DNA of 64,000 bases from Acidobacteriota bacterium (GCA_029263415.1 JAJCXN010000058.1:51724-115723), one strand, 5' to 3'; counted from the stretch's first letter, positions 50,038 through 59,707 are shown. The notes: generated from the letters alone by a model not told the origin. Numbers and translations are program-made.

Positions 50038-50727
50038 GTGCCTGAAGCAGACCTCTACCAACCGATCAAGCGCTTCTTGGAGGCGCAGGGATATGCGGTG
50101 AAAGGCGAGATCGGCCACTGCGACATCGTTGCGGTCCGAGCCGCAGAAGAGCCGGTGATCGTCGAGCTCAAGCTGGATCTCAACTTCGCATTGGTGCTCC
50201 AAGCCGTTGATCGTCTTTCTGCTTCCGGCAAGGTCTATCTCGCCTTCCGCCTGGGCAAAGGCCGAAGCGCAACCTGGCGCAAAAAGCGCAAGCAAGTGAC
50301 CAGCATGCTACGCCGCCTTGGCCTTGGCTTGCTTACGGTGTCGGCCACAGACGAGGTAGTCGCGGTCTTAGACCCTGCGCCCTACCGACCGCGACTAGGC
50401 AAGCACCGCCAGAACCGGCTGCTCAAGGAGTTCGCCGACCGGGTTGGCGACCCCGAAACCGGTGGATCTGCGTCGCGTCAACGCCTTACGGCCTACCGAC
50501 AGGATGCGCTGAGATGCGGCCGCGAGCTGGCTCACGAGGGCGTTCTCAAAGCAGCTACTCTCAAGAAGCGAACCGGCGTCGAACGCGCCGGGCGCATCCT
50601 CATGGACAATCACTACGGTTGGTTTGAGCGGGTGAGCCTCGGCCACTACCAGCTCTCCCCTAAGGGCGAGCGCGAGCTCGCGCAGTGGGAACTTGACGGC
50701 GCGGCGGCGGGCGGACCCGACGCCTAG
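50038..50727 (+). CDS. DUF2161-like protein with a PD-(D/E)XK nuclease-fold signature
   Basis: D...ExK arrangement (GHCDIVAV ... PVIVELKL). GTG start. Confidence 0.6.
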   Translation: MPEADLYQPIKRFLEAQGYAVKGEIGHCDIVAVRAAEEPVIVELKLDLNFALVLQAVDRLSASGKVYLAFRLGKGRSATWRKKRKQVTSMLRRLGLGLLTVSATDEVVAVLDPAPYRPRLGKHRQNRLLKEFADRVGDPETGGSASRQRLTAYRQDALRCGRELAHEGVLKAATLKKRTGVERAGRILMDNHYGWFERVSLGHYQLSPKGERELAQWELDGAAAGGPDA

Positions 50728-51480
50728 GGTTTCGTCGTCACCAGCCGAAGCGAGCGAGGTCGGGCGTCGCGCGCTTAGAGCTTGACTCACTCAGCAGCAC
50801 CACCGGTCCTTGCTTGACGAGTACCAACGCGCGACCGGCATTCTCAACCACCACCGGGTCGTTGGACCGAAGCGCTACAGCACGCTTCAACAGCTTGGCT
50901 GCTTGAGACCAATCGTGCGCCGGCGGCAATGAGCGTTGAAACCGTTTCGACGCGAGGCCTCCGTTCCTACCCTTACCTCGTATTTGCTGGGGTCACTTCA
51001 GGCCGGCTCCGAAGGCGGTCGCAGTGCTCGTTGCGCACGAGCCACAGCCGGGCTGAGCAGCGAACAAGGAGGCTAGGCTTCCAAAAGAGAATGAAAAAGT
51101 TCTTGACTTGGCATGTCGCTCGCCGCTAACCTGCGCGACCCTTCGGGTTCGGGCGTTCTTAAACCGCTCGCCTTCAACTACCGACACCGAAAACCGACCA
51201 ACACTTCTCTTGACCGATACCACCATGTTGTTCAACACCAACAGTCCGCGCAAGCCGCTAAGCAATCGGCACCAAGACCAGGCGTTTCTGCGTCAGATGA
51301 CCTTGTGCGCGTCGCACCAATTCGCGCCGACAAACTTGCACAACCACACCTTTGGTCAAGACGACGGAAGATCACGTCGCAAAGCAACGGCGCCCTCGAA
51401 CGCGATCGAGGAGTTCGGCAACCGGTAGTTAGCTCTCAAGAGTTCTCGTGGAATTCGAAAGAATCCCACACCTTCTCTTT

Positions 51481-51518
51481 GGCCTTCCGGTGACGTCTCG
51501 TCTCGGAAGGCCTTTTTT
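51481..51518 (+). terminator. Rho-independent terminator
   Basis: GGCCTTCCG-(14-nt loop)-CGGAAGGCC followed by TTTTTT. Confidence 0.6.
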
Positions 51519-51691
51519 CGTTCTGGTGTCTTTTGTCGATCGAGCAATGTCTCATTCGAAGATTCACCGAAACTCAGAAACAAATTCACTACTTTCAACC
51601 CGCCGGGGCCAAGCGGCGCTCTTTGGAGCGTTCCGTTCTGGCATCGGACGAAGGTGAGTTGGAAACCACTGGCGTTTACCGCCCTCCACAT

Positions 51692-51764
51692 TAATGGATA
51701 GCTCAACTGGTAGAGCACTGAACCAGGGATTCAGCTGTTGCGGGTTCGATTCCTGCTCCAACCG
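51692..51764 (+). pseudogene. Degenerate tRNA-like sequence (tRNA pseudogene or att-site remnant)
   Basis: Canonical D-arm (TAGCTCAACTGGTAGAGCA), a 5-bp anticodon stem, and a T-arm (GCGGG-TTCGATT-CCTGC). However, only 4 of 7 acceptor-stem base pairs form, the anticodon loop CCAGGGA lacks U33, and no CCA is encoded. Confidence 0.4.
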
Positions 51765-52220
51765 CGCCGCAAGGCGCACCAAAACCAAAACCGGCGGGGA
51801 CCCCGCTCAACAACAATGTTCTCGCGTTCTTTGACTTCGCAAGATGGATGGCAAGACGCGTGGCGAGACAAGTAGTGCCTTGCAACGAGGCCTCCGCTTT
51901 TCGGCAGAGCTGCAAACGCAGTCTTGAAATCTCAATGTGCGCTACGGCGCTTGACGAGCCCTAGAGATTGCGGCGCAGCAACACCGCCCAGCGAACCTCT
52001 CGTTCCGTGCTCTTGCTCCGTAGCGTTTGAGTTGGACGGGCCCCCAACGGACTTGGCATCCATTCATTAGTTCCATCTCAACACCGTCGTTTCCCACGCG
52101 GATCATCAGCTCAGCGTCGCGGATTCCCTGCGACCTCAACCGCGGTTCCTCTTTGACTTCTTGCGCAGTGCAAGAAGTTCAGGGCACTGCTCTCACACCA
52201 GCACCAAAAGGAGGTGCACC

Positions 52221-53369
52221 ATGCTTTCGATTTTCATGAGGCTGACCTACATCCAGACCGCCCAGCGCGCGGTCCTCTACCGCAACGGGGATGCCGTGCG
52301 CGTGTTGACCAAGGGCTGGCACTTGCTGCCGGCCTGGCCGTTGCCGTACCGCGTGGAGGTTTTCAACATCGACGCTCCGTGGCTTGATGGATGCACCGAG
52401 GGCTCAAACCTCGCTGCATCCGGTGAAGAGCTTGACCGCTTGCTGCGCCGTGGCGTCCTAGGTGGACACGCAGAGACCGTCGAAATCGGTGACGACGAGC
52501 GTGCTTTGGTTTGGGTGGACGGCCGCTACAGCCAAACACTCGGTCCCGGTCGGTATGCCTACTGGCTTGGTGCCACCGAGGTCCGAGTGGAGCGTTGTGA
52601 ACTTTCCGCAGGGCGCATTGCGCACCGGCAGATCGCAATCGTTCTTGAAGTCGAGAGCGGCCGGCGAGGTCTCATTCAAGTGGCGGATGTTCCGTCCGAG
52701 AATCTGGCTTTGGTCTACCGTAACGGTGAACTGCTCGAGACCTTGACCGCTGGCCGTTATGGCTACTGGCTCGGTCTCGGCCGGCTCTCCGTTCGGTTGG
52801 TCGATCTGCGCGAGCAGGTGCTGGATATCGCAGGTCAGGAACTGATGACGGCCGACAAGGTCACTCTTCGGTTGAACGCAACGCTCGGCTACCGCGTCTC
52901 GAACGCGGAGCTTGCGCAGCAAGTCACCCAGGAACCCGACCAGGCTCTCTACCGTGAGGCGCAGCTCGCGCTGCGTGCGGTGGTCGGCTCCAAGGACCTC
53001 GAGACCCTGCTTGCTGACCGTGAATCGGTGGCCGAAGAGCTCGCCTCTTTGGTCGCTGATCGCGCTAACTCAATGGGCCTTACGGTCACCACCCTCGGCA
53101 TCCGCGATGTCGTCCTTCCCGGAGAGATGAAGACCATCCTCAACCGGGTCATGGAGGCCAAGCGGGCCGCCGAAGCCAACCTGATTACCCGGCGTGAAGA
53201 AACTGCAGCCATGCGCTCGCAGGCGAACACGGCAAGGATGCTCGAGTCCAACCCCACGCTCATGCGTTTGCGTGAACTGGAAGTTCTCGAGAAGGTCGCC
53301 GACAAGGCCAACCTTCAGGTTGTGCTTTCAGAAGGCGGTCTCACCGACCGTCTGATGAAGTTGGTTTGA
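52221..53369 (+). CDS. SPFH/band-7 (stomatin/prohibitin-like) domain protein with a duplicated N-terminal module
   Basis: Strong ribosome-binding site (AAAGGAGGTG, 5 nt spacer, ATG). Two N-terminal repeats (GPGRYAYWLGATEVRVE / AGRYGYWLGLGRLSVRL). C-terminal SPFH domain plus coiled coil. Confidence 0.8.
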   Translation: MLSIFMRLTYIQTAQRAVLYRNGDAVRVLTKGWHLLPAWPLPYRVEVFNIDAPWLDGCTEGSNLAASGEELDRLLRRGVLGGHAETVEIGDDERALVWVDGRYSQTLGPGRYAYWLGATEVRVERCELSAGRIAHRQIAIVLEVESGRRGLIQVADVPSENLALVYRNGELLETLTAGRYGYWLGLGRLSVRLVDLREQVLDIAGQELMTADKVTLRLNATLGYRVSNAELAQQVTQEPDQALYREAQLALRAVVGSKDLETLLADRESVAEELASLVADRANSMGLTVTTLGIRDVVLPGEMKTILNRVMEAKRAAEANLITRREETAAMRSQANTARMLESNPTLMRLRELEVLEKVADKANLQVVLSEGGLTDRLMKLV

Positions 53370-53433
53370 TGCGCCGGGTCGTCACCCTCGCTGGTGGCGA
53401 CCCGGTTGCTTCTTGGCTGCTATCACTGCAGCG

Positions 53434-53796
53434 TCAAGGCAATTGCCAAAGGCCCTGCTCAACCCCCCCAAGAAGAACGATCGCGATCGTGCCCCGGCCG
53501 GCGATCTCCATCGATTCGATCGCCACAGTCGCCCCTCTACCTGCGGCCTCCCTTACCGCACGGTCTAGGTCCGCGACCCGCAGGTACGGTCGAGTGGTTG
53601 GCGTTTCTTGATCATGCATGGGGGCACGGATACCGCACAACGAGCCATCCGGTAACGCCGCGACTCGCGCGTTGCCCAGCTCGGGCGCCTCGGCGTCGAA
53701 GTGCCAACCGTGGACGTTCGAGTAGTAGTCGGCTACGGCCTGCACCTCTTTGGTGATGATCTCTAGGTAGTAGATCGCGTTCTCAGCGACAGCCAT
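53434..53796 (-). CDS. VOC-family (glyoxalase-fold) protein
   Basis: 120 aa. VOC-like (YYLEIITKEVQAVADYYSNVHGW...). Confidence 0.7.
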   Translation of the reverse strand: MAVAENAIYYLEIITKEVQAVADYYSNVHGWHFDAEAPELGNARVAALPDGSLCGIRAPMHDQETPTTRPYLRVADLDRAVREAAGRGATVAIESMEIAGRGTIAIVLLGGVEQGLWQLP

Positions 53797-53961
53797 ATGT
53801 CTCCCTCCTGAGTCTGTGAATCGCGCCCTGTACTCTCGGCGCCACTCAGCGCGGAGACTGAACGGTCACGCCGCCTAGGACCGTGTTTCGAAAACACCTT
53901 GAGCGCCGAGTTCGAGGCAACTTGTTGATCCCGGGCCATTCTATCGACCCTGCCTGTGCGC

Positions 53962-54050
53962 CGTTGCCTCGCGCTGTGCCGCGCTGTGCCGTGCCGTGCC
54001 GTGCCGTGCCGAGCCGTGTTGTGCCGTGTTGTGCTGTGATGTGCTGTGCA
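53962..54050. repeat. Tandem repeat: GCGCTGTGCC x2, then about 12 pentamer units (GTGCC/GTGTT/GTGCT...)
   Basis: Seen directly in the sequence. Lies in a non-coding stretch of about 1.4 kb (53.8-55.26 kb). Confidence 0.8.
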
Positions 54051-55267
54051 TGACGACCCAGCTATCGCCCTACCGTTTGAGAATGGAAAGGAGAGTGGCC
54101 CGTCAACAAGGATCGCCATCCTGAAGGCTTGTCGGTCATGGCAAGGGAGTGTCGGCCGAAACCCACTCGTGGTCGCCGTGGTCTCACATCTCCTCGGGAA
54201 CTCGCGTTCGCAATCGGTATTCGGATCGCAGGCGGTTGCAGCAGGCGCCAACTCTCTTTGTCCTCTCGGCCGGCACCCGAACCGGAGAACTGCGGCGGCG
54301 ACGATCAGAACTCTCGCGTGCGGCGGGCCCCTGCCGCGGTGGCTTCTATCCAGTTTCCGAACCGCTGCCGACCGCTCGCTCATCGTTGTTAATGCCGAGC
54401 CTTGGTTTCTAAGGCAGCGATATGCGCCTCACTAGAAATTGAAGGCCAATGACTAGAGATTGTTCCATCGATGTCTCCTCCAAGGATCCGGGCGTGCAAC
54501 GTCTTGCGGGCTTGAGTCAAGCAACCGTCGCTAGCCCGTGGCGGCGGAAGCTCTGCCCGATTGGTAGCAGGCCAGAGGCTGCATAGCCGGACGTCTGCTG
54601 CACATGGTTCGGCATCTACCAAGGGAGGGCCCGCGCTCAACGGGACAGCCGGAGTCACGTTTCCTAGCGATCGGAGCCGGACGCCGCCGCCCGGAACGCG
54701 ACAACCCGAAGCGCTCGAATATTTTCGTGAAACTCTTTGGCTGGCCAGCGGGATTTGGGGTGAGCTACTAAGCCCAAAGAGTCATCGTTGCGAGCACCAC
54801 CATGCACCCGAGCGCACCCAAACAGCAGGGGGAGGCAACGAGCGAGCGCGCGACAAGCAACGCGTGCCCGGCGCTTGTGAAAGGCGCGTCAAACTCAGCG
54901 CCCAATAGGCCTGGTCTTGGCACAGGACTGATCGGTGAACAGGGAGTTGTTGCCGAGCTACTTGGTGTGCGTCAGCGCTCGCGAATGCCGCTTCCGATGC
55001 GATGAGGAGAGATGAAGGCACGCGCGAGAGCTGCCTGTAACAAGCAGTTTGGACCTTGGGCGTCGTCGCTCGCATGACTTCGCACGTAGACAGCCGAGCT
55101 CGCCTGCACTACTCTTAAATTGAGACGGTAAATTTCAGAAGGGCTACTTGAACGTTTTTGGGGCCCTGTGAAACTGCTGCGGCCTTGAGCAGCGGCTGAA
55201 ACTGAGGCCCAAGACCTCGGACATCGAGGTCACCAAGTCCAGAAGGACGAACCCGGGGGAGCAGGTT

Positions 55268-57676
55268 ATGAGAGAGGCAACGAGTCCAAATCTGAATGAC
55301 GCCATCAGCGAGATCGCGCACGACCCCGTCTTTACTCAAGGTAGCTTCGAGGACGTCGTCAAGCTTATCGTTGAACACACCGGCCGCGCGCTCGGTTGTG
55401 CGCGGGTCAGCGCTTGGGAGTACCACCACGCAGACCACAAGCATATTCAGTGCATGACGCTTTGGGACGAGGAGAGCGGCGGTTATAGCGGCAACGGTGC
55501 GGTCTTGGATGAAGACGACGCTCACTCCTACTTGAATGCGTTACGGAAGGATACGGTGCTGGCGATGGACGACGTCAGTACGGATCCACGGTGCGCAGAG
55601 CTCATGAAGGAATACCTACCTGCGCACAAGATTCGGTCAATGCTGGATGCCCCTTTCCAATACGACGGAAAGTTGGCCGGCGTCATTTGCGCCGAGCACG
55701 TTGGAGCGAGAAGACGCTGGACCCGAAAGGAACAATCCTTTAGCGCCAACATAGCGAGCCTGCTTTCCATCGCAATGGAGAGAGATCAGCGGCATAAGGC
55801 TGAGCAGGCCCTCTTGCAGGAGAAGGAACGCTACCGGCAACTCGCTCACACGTCCCCCGCGGGCATTGTCATTACAGTGAATGGCGTTATCGAGTTTGCC
55901 AATCCGGCGCTAAACAAGATCGTCGCAGCAGAGGACACCGACGACCTCCGGGGCCTACGCTTCAGTCGTTTCTTTTCGCCGCCTGAAGCTGCACGAGCCC
56001 ACGACCGTCAGCAACCCATCCTTGCTTCCAAATCGGCCCTGTCGCCCACAGAGTACAGAGTGCCGCAGAAGGACGGCTCGAGCCTCTACCTGGCCGTGTC
56101 CTCGAGCTTCATTCAATGGAATGGGCAGGACGCAATTCAATCCCATGTTCGGGATGTGACTGGGGCGGTCATCGATCGCCAGGGATTGGAGCGTTTTGCA
56201 GAACAGTTGCGCATTCTGTCCCACTCGTTTCCGGGCGGCTTCACCTATACCGACGGCGATCTGGTTTACCGAAATGTCAACAGCACATTTGCGAGGTGGT
56301 GCAACACCAGTAACGACTTGATCGTGGGGCAGAATGTCCGCGAGTTCCTTGGAGAAGATCTCTATGGTGAATTCATGCCAGACATTGAGACCCTCCTTGC
56401 CGGTCAAACCGTCACCTTCGAGTTCACTTTTCGCCACTCTGAGCAGGCGGCGCGCGAAGTCCGAATTTCCCATGTCCCTGACACGGATGTGGAGGGAAAG
56501 GTGCGGGGCTTCTTTACTCTGATCACCAACCTGACCGAAGCCAAGGAGACTGAAAGGGCGCTCCGACATGCTCAGAAGATGGAGGCGGTTGGTCAGCTCA
56601 CGGGCGGACTGGCCCACGACTTCAACAATCTGTTGATGATTGTGATGGGCAGTCTGGAACTCATCCAGGATGAGCTACCCGAAACATTGAAGCCGAATCC
56701 GTTTCTGGAAAGTGCCCTGTCGGCATCGCAGCGCGGGGCAGACCTGACCCGCAAGCTGATGGCCTTCTCCAGGAAGAACCCCCTCCAGTCCGAGACGGTT
56801 AACATCAATAGCACTCTCAAGAAGCTACTTAGTTTGCTCAACAGGACACTCACTGCCTCGGTCCTAATAAGAATGGAACTTGAGCCCGAGCTGGCGACCG
56901 TCTACGTCAACGAAGGCGATCTGGAGAATGCCATTCTGAATCTTTCTCTCAACGCCCGCGATGCCATGCAAGGCGCCGGAACACTGACTATCACCACCCA
57001 GAATGTTGAGGTCGACGACCAGCACTATGCCCTCTTGTCGGTGCAAGATGACGGTGGCGGCATCGCCGAATCGATCAGGGACAGGGTCTTTGAGCCTTTC
57101 TACACGACCAAATCCGTCGACAAGGGCTCTGGGCTCGGCTTGAGCATGGTGTACGGGTTTGTTAAGCGCTCAAACGGCATGATCGATCTCGAGTCTGAAG
57201 AGGGCACGGGAACGACTTTCAACATCCACCTTCCCCGTTTCACCGCCGGGGCCAGGCCAACATCAGACCAACAGCGAGAGTGCGCTCCGCTACCCAGGGG
57301 CAGCGAAACCATCCTGGTGGTCGACGACGAGATCCAACTGTTGCAAACGGTGACTCGCATGCTGGGGGAACTTGGTTATCAGACCATTACTGCCGAGTCA
57401 GGAACGGCTGCCCTTGAGAAGCTCCGGACGCATCCCGGTATCCAGCTGGTCCTCACCGATGTCGTGTTGGGCGGCGATATGGACGGCTATGACCTTGCAT
57501 TCCGAGCCTGTGAAGAGTTGCCCGGCGTCAAGATCCTGCTCTCGAGCGGCCACAGCAAGCTAGACCTGGCAAGTCTTGACAAGGCCTTGCCCGAGTACCG
57601 GCATTTGCCCAAGCCCTACAAAATGGCTGAGCTGGCCAAGTCGATTCGCAGCGTGCTGGAGGATAGCCTGGCGTGA
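55268..57676 (+). CDS. Hybrid sensor histidine kinase (GAF - PAS - PAS - HisKA - HATPase_c - REC)
   Basis: H-box (LAHDFNNLLMIV), N/G boxes, and a C-terminal receiver domain (ILVVDDE...D). A GGGGGAG ribosome-binding site precedes the ATG. Confidence 0.85.
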   Translation: MREATSPNLNDAISEIAHDPVFTQGSFEDVVKLIVEHTGRALGCARVSAWEYHHADHKHIQCMTLWDEESGGYSGNGAVLDEDDAHSYLNALRKDTVLAMDDVSTDPRCAELMKEYLPAHKIRSMLDAPFQYDGKLAGVICAEHVGARRRWTRKEQSFSANIASLLSIAMERDQRHKAEQALLQEKERYRQLAHTSPAGIVITVNGVIEFANPALNKIVAAEDTDDLRGLRFSRFFSPPEAARAHDRQQPILASKSALSPTEYRVPQKDGSSLYLAVSSSFIQWNGQDAIQSHVRDVTGAVIDRQGLERFAEQLRILSHSFPGGFTYTDGDLVYRNVNSTFARWCNTSNDLIVGQNVREFLGEDLYGEFMPDIETLLAGQTVTFEFTFRHSEQAAREVRISHVPDTDVEGKVRGFFTLITNLTEAKETERALRHAQKMEAVGQLTGGLAHDFNNLLMIVMGSLELIQDELPETLKPNPFLESALSASQRGADLTRKLMAFSRKNPLQSETVNINSTLKKLLSLLNRTLTASVLIRMELEPELATVYVNEGDLENAILNLSLNARDAMQGAGTLTITTQNVEVDDQHYALLSVQDDGGGIAESIRDRVFEPFYTTKSVDKGSGLGLSMVYGFVKRSNGMIDLESEEGTGTTFNIHLPRFTAGARPTSDQQRECAPLPRGSETILVVDDEIQLLQTVTRMLGELGYQTITAESGTAALEKLRTHPGIQLVLTDVVLGGDMDGYDLAFRACEELPGVKILLSSGHSKLDLASLDKALPEYRHLPKPYKMAELAKSIRSVLEDSLA

Positions 57677-57719
57677 GGCCGACACCCTTTCCGCCAAAGG
57701 TCATCTACCTTGCAAAGCG

Positions 57720-57930
57720 TCTAACGGACTCTAGTGCCGCGGCACGGCCGAACGGCGCGCGGCAACACTGGAAGCGTCGCAACAGCAACGGATCTCGTGG
57801 CCAGCTGCCCCGGAAAACGGCACCTCTCCGAACGGCCGGTCGCTGCCGAAGAGCCCAGATAGTTGGCCACTGGGAGATCGACACGGTGGTCGGTGCTGCT
57901 GCGTCAACAGAGAGTACAGAGGGCTCATAG
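57720..57930 (+). pseudogene. IS30-family transposase fragment (central DDE-domain entry segment), 5'- and 3'-truncated
   Basis: The translation ...WKRRNSNGSRGQLPRKTAPLRTAGRCRRAQIVGHWEIDTVVG matches the IS30-family consensus ...RG.lP..i.eRP..v..R...GHWEgDli.G. There is no N-terminal HTH region and no downstream catalytic core. Confidence 0.5.
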
Positions 57931-57976
57931 GCGTAGTCCTTGTCCTACCGCAGGGGTCTACTAGTGAGCCTGTGCT

Positions 57977-58052
57977 GCATAACGGCTGGAATTCAGCGCC
58001 AATGCCGGCCGCGAAGCGGACGGTGGTTGTCCGCCGCAATGATTTGTTAGGC
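57977..58052 (-). repeat. attC-like site H (76 bp)
   Basis: Ends GCATAAC...GTTAGGC. Confidence 0.45.
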
Positions 58053-58062
58053 GGCGCACAAT

Positions 58063-58443
58063 TCAACCCGTCATAGTGGGTTTTTGCAATACAGCACCGA
58101 CAATATGCGCCACTGCGGCCACAGCCAGGAGAAGCTCACCCACGAAAGGTCCCACGAAGACGAGCAGCAATACGGCATCGGCCGCGACCACGGCGGATGA
58201 CAATGCAAGCACGATTCTTGACAGGCGTGATGGCAACCATGCTGCTACCACCGCGACCACAGCTATGAACAGCCAGTGGAGGGAAGCGTACAGCCACAGT
58301 CCCTTGGCCGCAGATTGGAGGAACTCGGAAACACCCTCGGCTGAGGTGTCCCGGACGACGATGGCATACCCCGTCGCATGGAAGGCCGAGGTAGCTGCCA
58401 GGACCACCGAGCCGAACAAGACAGAGATTTGAGAGCGCTTCAT
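58063..58443 (-). CDS. Cassette ORF: small membrane protein (126 aa, 4 TM)
   Basis: Hydrophobic throughout. Followed 3' by attC H. Confidence 0.5.
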   Translation of the reverse strand: MKRSQISVLFGSVVLAATSAFHATGYAIVVRDTSAEGVSEFLQSAAKGLWLYASLHWLFIAVVAVVAAWLPSRLSRIVLALSSAVVAADAVLLLVFVGPFVGELLLAVAAVAHIVGAVLQKPTMTG

Positions 58444-58467
58444 CTACCACATACCATTGTGCGCGAC

Positions 58468-58593
58468 GCCTAACGGACTTAGCTCAGCTGCGCCGCTGGT
58501 TGGCGTGCTTAGCTTGAAATAGCGTTTCCTCATCTCCGACACTATAGTGGATTGCGCAAGCGCGGGCGGTTTCTACTGGGGCGTGTAGATATG
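58468..58593 (-). repeat. attC-like site A (about 126 bp; its 3' core is degenerate)
   Basis: Starts GCCTAAC-GGACTTAGCTCAGCTGCGCCGCTG. The 3' end reads GTGTAGA rather than a clean GTTRRRY. Confidence 0.5.
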
Positions 58594-58600
58594 CAGTCGC

Positions 58601-58804
58601 TCACGAGGCACCCAGACTCCTAAGAGCCGGGAAAGCCAACCCGGCGACAACAATGACGCCGAAGACGAGACCCTTGACTGCAAGCGACCGCAGCGATGAT
58701 CGCCAAACCTCGCCGTCATCGACCGGATTGCTCCAGCCCTCAGGCTCATCATCGTCGAGGGTGACGAGGCGTCCTATAAAGACCCAGCCCACGAGCCCAG
58801 CCAT
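58601..58804 (-). CDS. Cassette ORF: small hypothetical protein (67 aa)
   Basis: The only ORF of reasonable composition between attC A and attC B. An overlapping alternative frame exists. Confidence 0.3.
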   Translation of the reverse strand: MAGLVGWVFIGRLVTLDDDEPEGWSNPVDDGEVWRSSLRSLAVKGLVFGVIVVAGLAFPALRSLGAS

Positions 58805-58908
58805 CTACCAGATGTAAGGTAAGGCCAGCAAAGCAAGACAACGCCACCCCGACAGCGATGACTCTTCCTACTGTCCAAGACGAGAGAGCCTCATCTTCGA
58901 TCGCCGCT

Positions 58909-58974
58909 GTACAACGGACACTTAGCTCAGCTGACTGCGCCTTGGCGCCGGACTGCAGCAATTGGTTGTTGGGC
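58909..58974 (-). repeat. attC-like site B (66 bp, short class)
   Basis: Ends GTACAAC...GTTGGGC. Confidence 0.5.
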
Positions 58975-58984
58975 TGCAAACACG

Positions 58985-59245
58985 CTACTTGCGATGAACA
59001 ATCTTGTCGTATTGCCCGTGGGTTCCGATCCAGAACCATAGAAGGGTCTCGGAATCACGGACGGCCAACGAACCGGTAACGCATGCCCACGCGGACAGAC
59101 CAGAATCGACGGACTCTTTCAAGTGCAGTGAGGGATGTCTTGGGTTGGCCTTGAGCAATTCGAAGTCTGCATCTGCGAGCGAGCGCACCGACTCGGGCAA
59201 ACTGTCGTACGACGACCTGAACTCCGCGGTGGCCTGATGGTTCAA
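58985..59245 (-). CDS. Cassette ORF: RelE/StbE-family toxin
   Basis: The C-terminal segment (...LLWFWIGTHGQYDKI) is typical of RelE/YafQ/HigB-type mRNA interferases. Its start overlaps the antitoxin stop; the exact start codon is uncertain. Confidence 0.55.
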   Translation of the reverse strand: MNHQATAEFRSSYDSLPESVRSLADADFELLKANPRHPSLHLKESVDSGLSAWACVTGSLAVRDSETLLWFWIGTHGQYDKIVHRK

Positions 59246-59442
59246 AGAGGTCGGGTATCGCCCCGGCGATGGGCCGCCAAAGCGGTATCGGCGAGCCCAT
59301 CGAGCTTCCCTGCCACTACATCCCGCTCGAACCGCTCGTCCCACGCGAGCGCGTCGAATTCCTGAAACCAGTCGCGAAACCGCGAAAGTTCTCCAGGCCC
59401 CAGATTCTGCACAGCTTGGTCGATCTCTTCGATCCCACTCAT
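59242..59442 (-). CDS. Cassette ORF: small antitoxin-like addiction-module component (66 aa)
   Basis: MSGIEEIDQAVQNLGPGELSRFRDWFQEFDA...; the position and size fit a cognate antitoxin immediately upstream of the toxin. Confidence 0.5.
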   Translation of the reverse strand: MSGIEEIDQAVQNLGPGELSRFRDWFQEFDALAWDERFERDVVAGKLDGLADTALAAHRRGDTRPL

Positions 59443-59473
59443 GCCTCGATCAGACGAGATGACTGGCGCAGCA

Positions 59474-59565
59474 GCCCAACGTCTCGCGATTCTGCTGCGC
59501 CGCCCGCATGCCCGCATGCGTGTACCGACCACTTCTTCGACGTCAGTAGCAATCGTTTGTTGGAT
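59474..59565 (-). repeat. attC-like site K (92 bp)
   Basis: Ends GCCCAAC...GTTGGAT. Its arms are related (AAC..GATT.CT / AGCAATCGTTTGTT). Confidence 0.45.
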
Positions 59566-59707
59566 GGCACGGAGGCAACGCAAACCCAAGTGTTCTAACG
59601 GGGCCTGCATGGGATAATCCTGCACGTCTGGAGCAGCCGCCAGCCGCTCCGCCCAGAACGGGACGGCGGCTGGGTAGAGTGATAACGCCGCTTGCTATGG
59701 TTAGCAC

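Noticed and set aside
51108-51493. Small ORFs (about 67-126 aa) in the AT-rich block upstream of the terminator
   Set aside because: Low-complexity, with no ribosome-binding site and no family resemblance. The region is better explained as a non-coding transcript, although a small protein cannot be excluded.
53763-54383. 206-aa ORF on the minus strand
   Set aside because: The translation (…TARHGTARHGTARH…) is generated by the pentanucleotide tandem repeat. It is not a gene.
57717-57868. A tenth attC-like site: GTCTAACGGACTCTAGTGCC...GATAGTTGGCC.
   Set aside because: The same bases encode an in-frame IS30-family transposase segment (…RGQLPRK…IVGHWEIDTVVG). The GTTGGCC end is the codons for IVGH. 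Protein homology explains the sequence better than an attC does.
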